Assembly (NCBI GenBank): GCA_902510025.1
Contig: CABWZX010000002.1
Location: 1 to 63,630 of the forward strand
Direction: 5' to 3'
Origin: an uncultured Pelagibacteraceae bacterium
GTDB lineage: Bacteria; Pseudomonadota; Alphaproteobacteria; Pelagibacterales; AG-422-B15
Length of the DNA stretch: 63,630 bases
Notes under the pieces: generated by a model
What the model saw: only the letters and a program-made list of their open reading frames with translations
Told to the model about the DNA's origin: nothing
The model's database searches: none
In this document: positions 21,865 to 30,821 of the stretch, in pieces
Layout of the letters: each line of letters opens with the position of its first letter
How positions within the stretch are numbered: the stretch's first letter is position 1
Made by a program: the position numbers and the translations under genes

Positions 21865-21992
21865 TTCTTATTGTATCTCACAAACTATTGCTAATCATAC
21901 AACATTAATCGTGATTATTAAACCTATGGCCTGCCAGATGACTGCGGAGAATAGTTTGGGAATTTATTAGGGAAGAAATTTGGCAGTTTTAG

Positions 21993-22068
21993 TGGCATGC
22001 CCGCTCGGATTCGAACCGAGGACAACTCCCTTAAAAGGGGAGTGCTCTACCAACTGAGCTACGGGCAC
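21993..22068 (-). tRNA. tRNA-Lys (anticodon UUU), CCA encoded
   Basis: The reverse complement reads GTGCCCG-TA-GCTC-AGTTGGTA-GAGC-A-CTCCC-CTTTTAA-GGGAG-TTGTC-CTCGG-TTCGAAT-CCGAG-CGGGCAT-G-CCA. This is a full cloverleaf with a 7-nt anticodon loop, TTT at positions 34-36, and a TTCGAAT T-loop. Confidence 0.93.
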
Positions 22069-22135
22069 ACGCTCAAATGTTATATACGATTTAATATTAA
22101 AATATAGTTGAAATTTTCGATTTAAAGAAATTTGC

Positions 22136-22447
22136 TCACATCATATCAAGTTCGAGTCTTGCAACATCAGACATGCGTGACATGTCCCATGGAGGATCCC
22201 AAACTAAATCAACTTTAACTTTATTAACCCCTTTAACTAACTTCACAGCCTCTTCAACTTTTTTTGGCATTTCATCAGCAACTGGACAATGAGGAGTTGT
22301 TAAAGTCATGTCAACAATAACGTCATTCTCGGGAGTTACTTCACATTTATAAATTAATCCCAACTCGTAAATATCAACGGGTATTTCAGGATCAAATACT
22401 GTTTTTAGTGCATTTATAATTGTCTGGTCTTCAAGTTTCTTATCCAT
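22136..22447 (-). CDS. sufT: SUF-associated DUF59/SufT-type Fe-S assembly protein
   Basis: 103 aa with VFDPEIPVDIYELGLIY and TLTTPHCP motifs of the DUF59 (MIP18/PaaD-like) family. Last gene of the suf cluster. Confidence 0.8.
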   Translation of the reverse strand: MDKKLEDQTIINALKTVFDPEIPVDIYELGLIYKCEVTPENDVIVDMTLTTPHCPVADEMPKKVEEAVKLVKGVNKVKVDLVWDPPWDMSRMSDVARLELDMM

Positions 22448-22449
22448 AA

Positions 22450-23031
22450 TTAATCAAATAATTTAAGAAAATCTCCATAACCTTTATCATTAAGTTCATT
22501 TACTGGAATAAATGATAAAGATGCAGAATTTATACAGTATCTAAGACCTGTTTCGGTTGGACCATCATCAAAAAGATGTCCTAAGTGAGTATCGCCAAAT
22601 TCACTTCTAACTTCAGTACGTTTCATGCCAAGACTATTATCTGAAATTTCTTTTATATTAATTCCTTCTATTGGTCGATCAAAGCTTGGCCATCCTGTTC
22701 CAGAATCAAATTTATCAGTAGATGAAAATAAAGGTTCTTCAGAAATAATATCGACATAGATACCCTTCTCTTTGCTATCCCAGAACTCGTTAGCAAAAGG
22801 TCTTTCGGTTCCATCTTCCAAGGCAACTAATTTTTGTTCTTCTGTCAAATTGTTGATAGCTTCAGCTCTTTCTTCAGGAGTGGCTGAGCACCAAAAGGGA
22901 GTATCTATAATATTAACTTTTGACATATCGTAACTTTCTATTTCGACTTGTGCTTTTGCTTCTGGTCTGTATATCAGCTGTAATACAACTAATAATATTA
23001 ATAATGTAAAGTATAGTGCATATAATTTCAT
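22450..23031 (-). CDS. msrB: peptide-methionine (R)-S-oxide reductase MsrB with N-terminal signal/anchor sequence
   Basis: GTERPF...[28 protein letters not shown]...[10 protein letters not shown]...RYCINSASL is the SelR/MsrB core. I place the start at [21 protein letters not shown] (ATG 23031), 4 nt after the sufU stop. The ORF-track start is 23082. Confidence 0.85.
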   Translation of the reverse strand: MKLYALYFTLLILLVVLQLIYRPEAKAQVEIESYDMSKVNIIDTPFWCSATPEERAEAINNLTEEQKLVALEDGTERPFANEFWDSKEKGIYVDIISEEPLFSSTDKFDSGTGWPSFDRPIEGINIKEISDNSLGMKRTEVRSEFGDTHLGHLFDDGPTETGLRYCINSASLSFIPVNELNDKGYGDFLKLFD

Positions 23032-23035
23032 TAAT

Positions 23036-23470
23036 CTATTCATTAGTAGCAGACTTATAAGTATGCCATGCCATAGTTGCACATTTCACTCTCATAGGAA
23101 AAGCTTCAACTCCTTTTAGCGCGTACAAAGAATCCTCTTCCGTAAGTAGCCTTAGTTCATCTGTGCTACCTTTAACTAAGTTAGTAAAATCATTAAATAT
23201 TTTATTTGCTTCATCTAATGATTTATTTTTTAATTTCTCTGTCATTAGTGATGCAGATGCAATTGATATAGCGCAACCTTCTCCTGAAAATTTTATATCC
23301 TTAATCACATCATCTTGATCTACTAGTAATGTCACATATACTTTATCTCCACATAAGGGGTTATGCCCTTTGGCACTTTTATTATGATTTTCACATTCAC
23401 CAAAGTTCCTAGGATCTTGGCCATGATCAAGTATAATTTCTTGATATAAATCTTTTAATAGATCGTTCAT
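23036..23470 (-). CDS. sufU: SUF system NifU/SufU-type Fe-S scaffold or sulfur-transfer protein
   Basis: 144 aa with [20 protein letters not shown] and a C-terminal conserved Cys (VKCATMAW). ATGA overlap with sufS. Confidence 0.8.
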   Translation of the reverse strand: MNDLLKDLYQEIILDHGQDPRNFGECENHNKSAKGHNPLCGDKVYVTLLVDQDDVIKDIKFSGEGCAISIASASLMTEKLKNKSLDEANKIFNDFTNLVKGSTDELRLLTEEDSLYALKGVEAFPMRVKCATMAWHTYKSATNE

Positions 23471-24693
23471 TTTTTAAAGAAATCTTTACATTTGTTTAAA
23501 GCTTCAATGAAAACTTCAATTTCTTTGATGTCATTATAAACACCAAATGATATTCTTGATGTAGCATTAACTTTTAAATGTCTCATTAATGGTTGGCAAC
23601 AATGATGGCCTGCACGTAAAGCAATTCCTTCTACATCTAGAAAAGAAGCCACTTCATGAGCATGAATATGATTAAGATTAAATGAAATAATTGAAGATTT
23701 CTCATTTCCATTACCGTAAATTTCAACAAATTCTAATTCCTTCATTTTTTTTAAAGCATAATTAGATAATTCCTGTTCATGTAGCATGATGTTTTCAATT
23801 CCAATTGAGTTCATGTAATCAATTGCAATCCCTAAACCATAAGCTTCAACTAAAGGGGGAGTGCCTGCTTCATATTTTGCAGGTAAATCAGCAAACGAAA
23901 CACTATCTAGCGTTACTTCGCTTATCATCCCTCCTCCTCCTTGGTAAGGAGGAAGATCATTTAAAATATTTTCTTTGCCGTACAAAACTCCTATACCTGA
24001 TGGTCCGTAAGTCTTATGACCAGAAAAAACATAAAAATCACAATCTAGATCTTGAACATCTATTTTATTATGGGCAGCAGCCTGACAACCATCAAGCATT
24101 ATAAAAATTTCTTTTTCTCTGCAAATTTTAACAATTTCTTTGTTTGTTGTAGTACCAAAAACATTTGATAGATGTGTGATGGATGCAATTTTTGTCTTAT
24201 CATTAATTAATGATGAAAAATGATCTAGGTCTATTTTCCCCTCTTCATCAATCATTGCAAATTTTAAAACTACTCCATATTTTTCTCTTAAAAAATACCA
24301 AGGAACTAAATTTGAATGATGTTCCATGATACTCAAGATTACCTCATCACCTTGTTTCATATATCTTTCACAAAAAGTCTGCGCTACTAGGTTAATGCTT
24401 TCCGTTGCACTTTTAGTAAAAATAATTTCATTATCAGATTTTGCATTTATAAAATCTTTTACTTTTTTTCTTGAGTCTTCATATTTAAATGTAGATTCAA
24501 CTGATAATGTATGAACACCGCGACTCACGTTAGAATAATGATTATTATAAAAATCATTAATTTCGTTTATAACAATTTTAGGTTTTTGAGCAGATGCAGC
24601 TGTATCAAAATAGATTAAATCTTTATTAAGTATCTTTTTTTCAAAAATAGCAAAATCATCTTTAATGTTTGAATTTAAAAGTGCTTTACTCAT
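23467..24693 (-). CDS. sufS: cysteine desulfurase, SufS type (class II aminotransferase V)
   Basis: 408 aa with the PLP-lysine region FSGHKTYGPSGIG and the active-site loop RAGHHCCQPL. Confidence 0.92.
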   Translation of the reverse strand: MSKALLNSNIKDDFAIFEKKILNKDLIYFDTAASAQKPKIVINEINDFYNNHYSNVSRGVHTLSVESTFKYEDSRKKVKDFINAKSDNEIIFTKSATESINLVAQTFCERYMKQGDEVILSIMEHHSNLVPWYFLREKYGVVLKFAMIDEEGKIDLDHFSSLINDKTKIASITHLSNVFGTTTNKEIVKICREKEIFIMLDGCQAAAHNKIDVQDLDCDFYVFSGHKTYGPSGIGVLYGKENILNDLPPYQGGGGMISEVTLDSVSFADLPAKYEAGTPPLVEAYGLGIAIDYMNSIGIENIMLHEQELSNYALKKMKELEFVEIYGNGNEKSSIISFNLNHIHAHEVASFLDVEGIALRAGHHCCQPLMRHLKVNATSRISFGVYNDIKEIEVFIEALNKCKDFFKK

Positions 24694-24695
24694 GA

Positions 24696-25631
24696 TTAAG
24701 CATTTTGTGAAATAAATTGTTTGGCTTTTGCCTGCATTTGAGCATTATCAATTTTGTAAATATATTCACCCAAGAACCCCTGAATATAAATCTTTTCTGC
24801 ATCTTTTCTCGAGATACCTCTAGATGTTAGGTAAAAAAGAACATTCTCATCGGGTTTTCCAGATGCGGCTCCATGGGAGCATACAACGTCATCATTATTT
24901 ATTTCTAATTTTGGAATTAAATTTACTTTTGATTCTTCATCCATAATTAAACCTTTACTGATCTGATTTGAAACTGTATTAGAGCAATTTTCATCAACTG
25001 ATATTTTTCCATTAAAAGTTACAGCTGCATTTCCTCTTGAAACTGCTTTAAACGAACAGTCAGAGATAGCTGATGGAGCAATATGGTTTATTTTTAATGT
25101 ATTATTGCAATTAGTAGAATTAGTTATAACAACACCACTCCCTATATATTTTGCATGTTCATGAGCAAGAGAAATTATTGTCTCATTAGTCATTTGTTTT
25201 GAGCCATTTGTGAAATTAAAATCTTTAAAAACGCAGTTTCTTGATAAATTGCATGTATGGTAGTATTTGTTTTCTGTAGATTGATTGAATTTGTTCAATC
25301 TATATAATTCAAATGATGATCCTTGTTTTAATTCAGAATTAATTTTAATTTCACTACCTTTAGAATATTCAGATTCATCTAAAACTTCTAATCTAGCACC
25401 CTTTAGGAGTGATATTTCTATATTTAAGTTAATGTATGAATCTCTTAAAGCTTGTAGATTAATTCTTGTTGCAATATCTGATTCTAAGACTTCAATATTT
25501 AAATTGATCGACCCACTTTCTTCTAAGGCACTACAATTAATATATTTAGATTCATTGCTAACGACCAAATTATTTCTAACAATTTGAATTAAACAATCAT
25601 GTGAATCAACTTTTTGATTTAATTTACTCAT
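24696..25631 (-). CDS. sufD: Fe-S cluster assembly protein SufD (short form)
   Basis: 311 aa beta-helix-like repeat sequence. The C-terminal region (SHGAASGKPDENVLFYLTSRGISRKDAEKI) matches the SufB/SufD family. It sits between sufC and sufS. Confidence 0.8.
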   Translation of the reverse strand: MSKLNQKVDSHDCLIQIVRNNLVVSNESKYINCSALEESGSINLNIEVLESDIATRINLQALRDSYINLNIEISLLKGARLEVLDESEYSKGSEIKINSELKQGSSFELYRLNKFNQSTENKYYHTCNLSRNCVFKDFNFTNGSKQMTNETIISLAHEHAKYIGSGVVITNSTNCNNTLKINHIAPSAISDCSFKAVSRGNAAVTFNGKISVDENCSNTVSNQISKGLIMDEESKVNLIPKLEINNDDVVCSHGAASGKPDENVLFYLTSRGISRKDAEKIYIQGFLGEYIYKIDNAQMQAKAKQFISQNA

Positions 25632-26362
25632 TAAGTTGCGTATCCTTCTTTATCGATCTTATGTGCGAGTTTTTTATCACCAGATTCTACTATTTTTCCG
25701 TCTTGAAAAACATGGACATAGTCAGGCTCAATGTACTCAAGCAATCTTAAGTAATGAGTAATAATAATAAATGATCTATCGCTAGATCGAAGTTGGTTCA
25801 CTGCTTCAGATGTTTGCCTTAATGCGTCAACATCTAATCCTGAGTCAGTTTCATCCATAATAACTAGACTTGGATTTAAAAAGTCCATCTGTAAAACTTC
25901 ATTTTTCTTTTTTTCCCCTCCAGAAAATCCTGTATTCACAAATCTGCTATGCATTTCCATTGGAATATTCAGTCTGTTTGATTTTTCCTTTAAGATTTTA
26001 AGAAATTCCGCTGCATCAATTGGATCTTTACCTTCATATTTGCGGTGCACGTTAAGTATTTGCTTAAGATATGAGGCATTAGAAACTCCTGGTAATTCAA
26101 TTGGATATTGAAATGCAAGAAACAATCCTTCTAGAGATCTTTCAGATGGGTCTAATTCAAATAAATCTTTCCCGTTAAACAAAGCCTGTCCTGAATCGAC
26201 ATTGTAATTAGGATTGCCCGCTAATGTATGCGCTATTGTACTTTTACCAGAACCATTAGGTCCCATAATTGCATGCACTTCTCCAGACCCAATAGTTAAA
26301 TCTAAATTGTCTAATATTTTATTTTTTTCTACTGAAACACTTAATTTTTTAATTTCCAACAT
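25631..26362 (-). CDS. sufC: Fe-S cluster assembly ATPase SufC
   Basis: Walker A GPNGSGKST, ABC signature FSGGEKKK, Walker B LVIMDETDSGLD. I prefer the start MLEIKKL (26362). The ORF-track start at 26374 would overlap sufB by 11 nt. Confidence 0.93.
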   Translation of the reverse strand: MLEIKKLSVSVEKNKILDNLDLTIGSGEVHAIMGPNGSGKSTIAHTLAGNPNYNVDSGQALFNGKDLFELDPSERSLEGLFLAFQYPIELPGVSNASYLKQILNVHRKYEGKDPIDAAEFLKILKEKSNRLNIPMEMHSRFVNTGFSGGEKKKNEVLQMDFLNPSLVIMDETDSGLDVDALRQTSEAVNQLRSSDRSFIIITHYLRLLEYIEPDYVHVFQDGKIVESGDKKLAHKIDKEGYAT

Positions 26363-26363
26363 A

Positions 26364-27806
26364 TTAACCAACACTTCCTTCTAAGCTGATGCTAACTAAT
26401 TTCTGAGCTTCAACTGCAAATTCCATAGGTAGTTTTTGAAGAACTTCTTTGCAAAAACCATTTACAATTAAACTTTGCGCTTGTTCAGCATCAAGCCCTC
26501 TTTGCATACAATAAAACAATTGTTCATCACTAATTTTCGAAGTTGTTGCCTCATGTTCAATTGAAGATGAGTTTGAGTTATTCTCAGTCAGAGGAATAGT
26601 ATTTGCACTACAAGTATTTCCAACAAGCAGTGAATCACATTGAGTAATATTTTTAGCATTTTCAGCTTTACGATTAAATTTAACTAGCCCTCTATATGTA
26701 TTAGAAGATTTTCCTGCTGAAATACCTTTAGAAATAATTTTACTTTTTGTATTTTTTCCTAAATGGATCATTTTAGTTCCTGTATCTGCTTGTTGATAAT
26801 TGTTTGTAATTGCTACAGAATAAAATTCTCCAATAGAATTATCTCCTCTTAAAATACAACTTGGATATTTCCAAGTAATTGCGGATCCAGTTTCTATTTG
26901 TGTCCATGAAATTTTTGAATTCTTTCCCTTGCAAAGACCTCTCTTTGTTACAAAGTTATATATTCCTCCCTTGCCATTTTCATCTCCAGGATACCAGTTC
27001 TGTACAGTAGAATATTTAATCTCAGCATTATCTAAAGCAACAAGCTCAACATTTGCTGCATGAAGTTGATTTTCATCTCTCATTGGAGCCGTACAGCCTT
27101 CTAAATAACTTACATAACTGCCCTCATCTGCAATAATTAATGTTCTTTCAAATTGCCCTGTCTCAGATGCGTTAATTCTAAAATACGTAGATAATTCCAT
27201 CGGACATTTAACGCCTTTAGGCACATAAACAAAAGAACCATCACTGAAAACAGCAGAGTTTAAAGTTGCATAAAAATGATCAGTAATTGGAATTACTGAA
27301 CCTAAATATTTCTTTACCAACTCAGGGTGTTTTTGTATTGCTTCTGAAATTGGACAAAAAATAACACCCATCTCATTCAATTTTTCTTTAAAAGTTGTAG
27401 CCACAGAGACACTGTCAAATACTGCATCAACCGCTACTCCAGCTAAAACCTCTTGTTCTTTTAAAGGTATGCCAAGCTTCTCATAGGTTTCTAAAAGCTT
27501 TGGATCTACTTCATCCAATGATTTTGGCTTATCCTCAAATCCTTTTGGTGAGGAATAATAATAAATATCTTGGAAATTAATCTCATCAAATTTAACTTTA
27601 CCCCAATCAGGTTTTTTCATAACCTCCAATCTATTAAATGCTTTTAATCTCCAGTCTAACATCCACTGAGGTTCATTTTTTTTCTTTGAGATTATTTTTA
27701 CAACCTCTTCATTTAAGCCTCGAGGAATCTTTTCACTCTCAATATCGGTAACAAACCCATGCTTGTAGGAATCTTGTTTAAAATTGTCTTTATTTAATTT
27801 ATTCAT
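26364..27806 (-). CDS. sufB: Fe-S cluster assembly protein SufB
   Basis: 480 aa, highly conserved SufB sequence ([52 protein letters not shown]). Confidence 0.95.
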   Translation of the reverse strand: MNKLNKDNFKQDSYKHGFVTDIESEKIPRGLNEEVVKIISKKKNEPQWMLDWRLKAFNRLEVMKKPDWGKVKFDEINFQDIYYYSSPKGFEDKPKSLDEVDPKLLETYEKLGIPLKEQEVLAGVAVDAVFDSVSVATTFKEKLNEMGVIFCPISEAIQKHPELVKKYLGSVIPITDHFYATLNSAVFSDGSFVYVPKGVKCPMELSTYFRINASETGQFERTLIIADEGSYVSYLEGCTAPMRDENQLHAANVELVALDNAEIKYSTVQNWYPGDENGKGGIYNFVTKRGLCKGKNSKISWTQIETGSAITWKYPSCILRGDNSIGEFYSVAITNNYQQADTGTKMIHLGKNTKSKIISKGISAGKSSNTYRGLVKFNRKAENAKNITQCDSLLVGNTCSANTIPLTENNSNSSSIEHEATTSKISDEQLFYCMQRGLDAEQAQSLIVNGFCKEVLQKLPMEFAVEAQKLVSISLEGSVG

Positions 27807-28240
27807 TGCAACTGAGCGTCCACTATTTTCTTATTACTACTTACTAAATCGTGTAGTGAAACAGATTGAAGATAACTTCCTATAAGATTTTCTAAATCTT
27901 CCCAGAAATTATGTGTTAAGCATTTCTTACCATTTCCTGTACAAAAAGCATTAGGATCATTTGAACAGCCGGTAGCTTTTATTTTTTCATCGATTGCATT
28001 AAAAATTTCCAAGATTTGAATTTCACTTGAATCTTTAGATAAACGATATCCTCCTCCAGGACCTTTTTGACTTTCAACAAGATTTGCCTTTTTTAAATCA
28101 TTAAATATCCTCTCTAAATAAGTCAAAGAAATATTTTGCCTTATAGAAACATTGGTTAAGTTACATGGAGATATTTTGCTGTGTCTTGCAATGTCTACCA
28201 TTGCTAGTACTGCATATCTTCCTTTTGATGTTACCTTCAT
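27803..28240 (-). CDS. Rrf2-family transcriptional regulator (IscR/SufR-like, probable Fe-S sensing)
   Basis: 145 aa. The N-terminal winged helix ([13 protein letters not shown]...[30 protein letters not shown]) and a C-x7-C-x6-C cluster ([17 protein letters not shown]) support the call. It lies directly upstream of sufB with an ATGA overlap. Confidence 0.85.
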   Translation of the reverse strand: MKVTSKGRYAVLAMVDIARHSKISPCNLTNVSIRQNISLTYLERIFNDLKKANLVESQKGPGGGYRLSKDSSEIQILEIFNAIDEKIKATGCSNDPNAFCTGNGKKCLTHNFWEDLENLIGSYLQSVSLHDLVSSNKKIVDAQLQ

Positions 28241-28914
28241 TTGTTTTCCTTAAGAATATCTTCTAATTTTTTAATTCTTTCTTTTAAATCTAAATTATCT
28301 TTTTCAAGTTGTGCCACTTGAGCACTTCTACTATCATCTTCTTTACTGAGACCATAAGCTTGAAAGGCTTTTGCTCTAGATGAAGTTGAAACCGTATATC
28401 TTGCTGGGTTACCCACAACACTTTTATTGTCTTCTACATCCTTTGATACAACTGAGTTAGAACCAACTTTAGAATTTTCTCCAATAGTAATAGGACCTAA
28501 GATTTGAGCGCCTGATCCAATTACAACATTATCCTTTAAGGTTGGGTGTCTTTTTTTATCTTTTTGACTCGCGCTATCTTCACTTGGAGAAACTCCACCG
28601 AGCGTTACGCCGTGATATATTGTAACATTATTTCCAATCTCAGCAGTTTCACCGATTACCACTCCCATTCCATGATCAATAAAGAAATGTGAACCAATCT
28701 TAGAAGCAGGATGTATTTCTATTCCTGTTAAAATACGCCCAATATATGAAATAGCCCTCGCAACTATAAATAATTTAATTGACCATATAAAATTTGAAAT
28801 CTTATAGAATCCTAGAGCATGTAAGCCAGGAGATGTTAAAATTGTCTCAAATCGGCCTTTTGCAGCCGGATCTCTATCTATATAAGAGTCAATTAATTCA
28901 ATAATTTTATTCAT
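28237..28914 (-). CDS. cysE: serine O-acetyltransferase with a charged coiled-coil-like C-terminal tail
   Basis: 225 aa with DPAA...[38 protein letters not shown] hexapeptide repeats. The last ~50 aa ([24 protein letters not shown]) are non-canonical. Confidence 0.88.
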   Translation of the reverse strand: MNKIIELIDSYIDRDPAAKGRFETILTSPGLHALGFYKISNFIWSIKLFIVARAISYIGRILTGIEIHPASKIGSHFFIDHGMGVVIGETAEIGNNVTIYHGVTLGGVSPSEDSASQKDKKRHPTLKDNVVIGSGAQILGPITIGENSKVGSNSVVSKDVEDNKSVVGNPARYTVSTSSRAKAFQAYGLSKEDDSRSAQVAQLEKDNLDLKERIKKLEDILKENK

Positions 28915-28965
28915 ATTGAAAAAAAGCCTTGAATTTTAAGTGTTAAATTTAGTATACCGTCTATC

Positions 28966-28984
28966 AGGTTAAATATAATAACCT
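28966..28984. promoter_or_regulatory. candidate operator: inverted repeat AGGTTA-N7-TAACCT in the cysE-rrf2-suf / hydrolase divergent promoter region
   Basis: Perfect 6-bp arms read directly from the sequence. It is the only clear palindrome in the 108-nt spacer upstream of an operon whose second gene is an Rrf2 regulator. I cannot verify a match to any known consensus. Confidence 0.3.
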
Positions 28985-29022
28985 ACTATTTTAGTCAACT
29001 ATTAATTATCAAAATTAAACTA

Positions 29023-29685
29023 ATGAATAATCAAGTAAAAGAGATCGTTTTCACTGGCCCTGATGGAAAATTAGTTGGTAAATATAAAAGAGGTCAGTCT
29101 TTGAATCCTCCTGTGGCATTAATACTTCATCCACATCCATTGTATGGAGGCACAATGAATAATCCTGTTGTTCTAGAGTTATTCAATATCTTTGATGGCT
29201 TAGGTTTTTCAACTTTTAGATTTAATTTCAGAGGCGTTGGTAAAAGTGAAGGAAAGTTTGATAATGGCCTTGGTGAACTTGCAGATGCAGCCGCAGGACT
29301 CGATTGGATACAAAGACAAAATCCAAATGCAAATCAATGCTGGGTAGCAGGCTTTTCTTTTGGCGCATTATTGTGCATGCAACTCCTAATGAGAAGACCA
29401 GAAATCACTAGATTCATAAGTGTCTCACCTCAACCAAATCTATACGATTTTAATTTTCTTGCTCCATGCCCAGCCTCAGGCATGTTAATTCAAGGTAAGA
29501 AAGATGAACTTGTTCCAATTGAAGATACGAATCGATTAGCTCAAAAATTGCAATCTCAAAAAAATATAGTCATTAACTATGAAGAAGTTTCTGGAGCAAA
29601 TCATTTTTATGACAATGAATTGCATAAGCTAAATAAGATTGTTGCAGCATATGTTGGGAAAGAATTAAATTCTCGTTACCGATAA
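29023..29685 (+). CDS. alpha/beta-fold hydrolase (COG2945-like), function unknown
   Basis: 220 aa with nucleophile elbow GFSFG, a C-terminal His (GANHFY), and PVALILHPHPLYGGTMNN typical of this small hydrolase family. Confidence 0.7.
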   Translation: MNNQVKEIVFTGPDGKLVGKYKRGQSLNPPVALILHPHPLYGGTMNNPVVLELFNIFDGLGFSTFRFNFRGVGKSEGKFDNGLGELADAAAGLDWIQRQNPNANQCWVAGFSFGALLCMQLLMRRPEITRFISVSPQPNLYDFNFLAPCPASGMLIQGKKDELVPIEDTNRLAQKLQSQKNIVINYEEVSGANHFYDNELHKLNKIVAAYVGKELNSRYR

Positions 29686-30767
29686 CTCGTAATATTTCCT
29701 CCTGACACCGGATAATAAACTCCAGTAGTTCCAGGAAAAGATATAGATAATTTTTTTAATCTCCTTATTGCTAAGTATGCAAAAGCTTGAGATTCAATAA
29801 AATCTTTATCCAGTTTAAATTTATCAATGACACTGAGTTTTGATTTCAATGTTTTCTTTAAGACATTGAAAATATGTTGATTCTTAATCCCTCCACCTGA
29901 AACAATAACTTTATCAATTTTAAATTTAGAAATTTCTTGTAAAATTGTTTCCCCTGTAAAAGATGCAATAGTAGCACAGGCATCATTAAAACTAAGTTTT
30001 TCAAATGGTTTTAAAGAGAAATAATGTTTATCTAAAGATTTAGGAGATCTTTTATTAAAATATTTATCTCGCAAAACAGATTTTAGAACTTTATGATTGG
30101 TTTTTCCTTTAAGACTAAAGTTTCCGTTACGATCATAACTCTTCTTCTTTTTTAAATAAACATACTGATCTAGAAGAGTCATGCCAGGCCCAGTATCATA
30201 TGCCTTTAGTTTGCCTCTTAATGGAACGTAGGTTAAATTGGATATTCCACCTAAATTTATAAAAATTATATTTCCTTCTAAACTTAGATAATTAACAAGC
30301 ATTTTATGAAATATGGGAACAAGTGGAGCTCCTTCGCCACCAAATTTTAAATCATTTTGACGGAAGTCAGAGATAATTTTTATCCCAAGTTCATGATTTA
30401 AAATCATAGAATTACATAACTGCAAAGAAATTTTATTTTTTGGCTTATGAAAAATAGTTTGGCCATGAATTCCAATTAGATCAATTTTTTTTAATCTATT
30501 TTTTGAAATAAATGCCTTTATAGCCTTTAAATATTCTTGAGTAATTTCTGATTCAGTTGAACTTAACAGTCCTATCTTGTATTGATTCTCATCAAAATTA
30601 GTCGAAATTTGAGATAGTTTTTGTCTAATTTTTGTAGAAAATTTGAAAAAAGAGGATTTTATTGGCTTAAAATAATTCTTACCATCTGAAAATATTAGTG
30701 AAATATCTATGCCGTCAAATGACGTCCCACTCATAACACCTATAGCAAAAAACTTCTCTTTCTTCAT
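29676..30767 (-). CDS. anmK: anhydro-N-acetylmuramic acid kinase
   Basis: 363 aa with GVMSGTSFDGIDI, INLGGISN, YDTGPGMTLLD and VSGGG motifs of AnmK. Confidence 0.88.
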   Translation of the reverse strand: MKKEKFFAIGVMSGTSFDGIDISLIFSDGKNYFKPIKSSFFKFSTKIRQKLSQISTNFDENQYKIGLLSSTESEITQEYLKAIKAFISKNRLKKIDLIGIHGQTIFHKPKNKISLQLCNSMILNHELGIKIISDFRQNDLKFGGEGAPLVPIFHKMLVNYLSLEGNIIFINLGGISNLTYVPLRGKLKAYDTGPGMTLLDQYVYLKKKKSYDRNGNFSLKGKTNHKVLKSVLRDKYFNKRSPKSLDKHYFSLKPFEKLSFNDACATIASFTGETILQEISKFKIDKVIVSGGGIKNQHIFNVLKKTLKSKLSVIDKFKLDKDFIESQAFAYLAIRRLKKLSISFPGTTGVYYPVSGGNITSYR

Positions 30768-30821
30768 ATAATCAAAATTGTAAGTTTATATATTATATGC
30801 ATAGTATATTAATATACGTAA

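Noticed and set aside
15566-22068. Integrative genomic island at tRNA-Lys.
   Set aside because: There is no integrase, recombinase, transposase or phage gene. By eye I could not find a direct repeat of the tRNA 3' end near the nuoA-side boundary. I kept it only as a possible variable locus.
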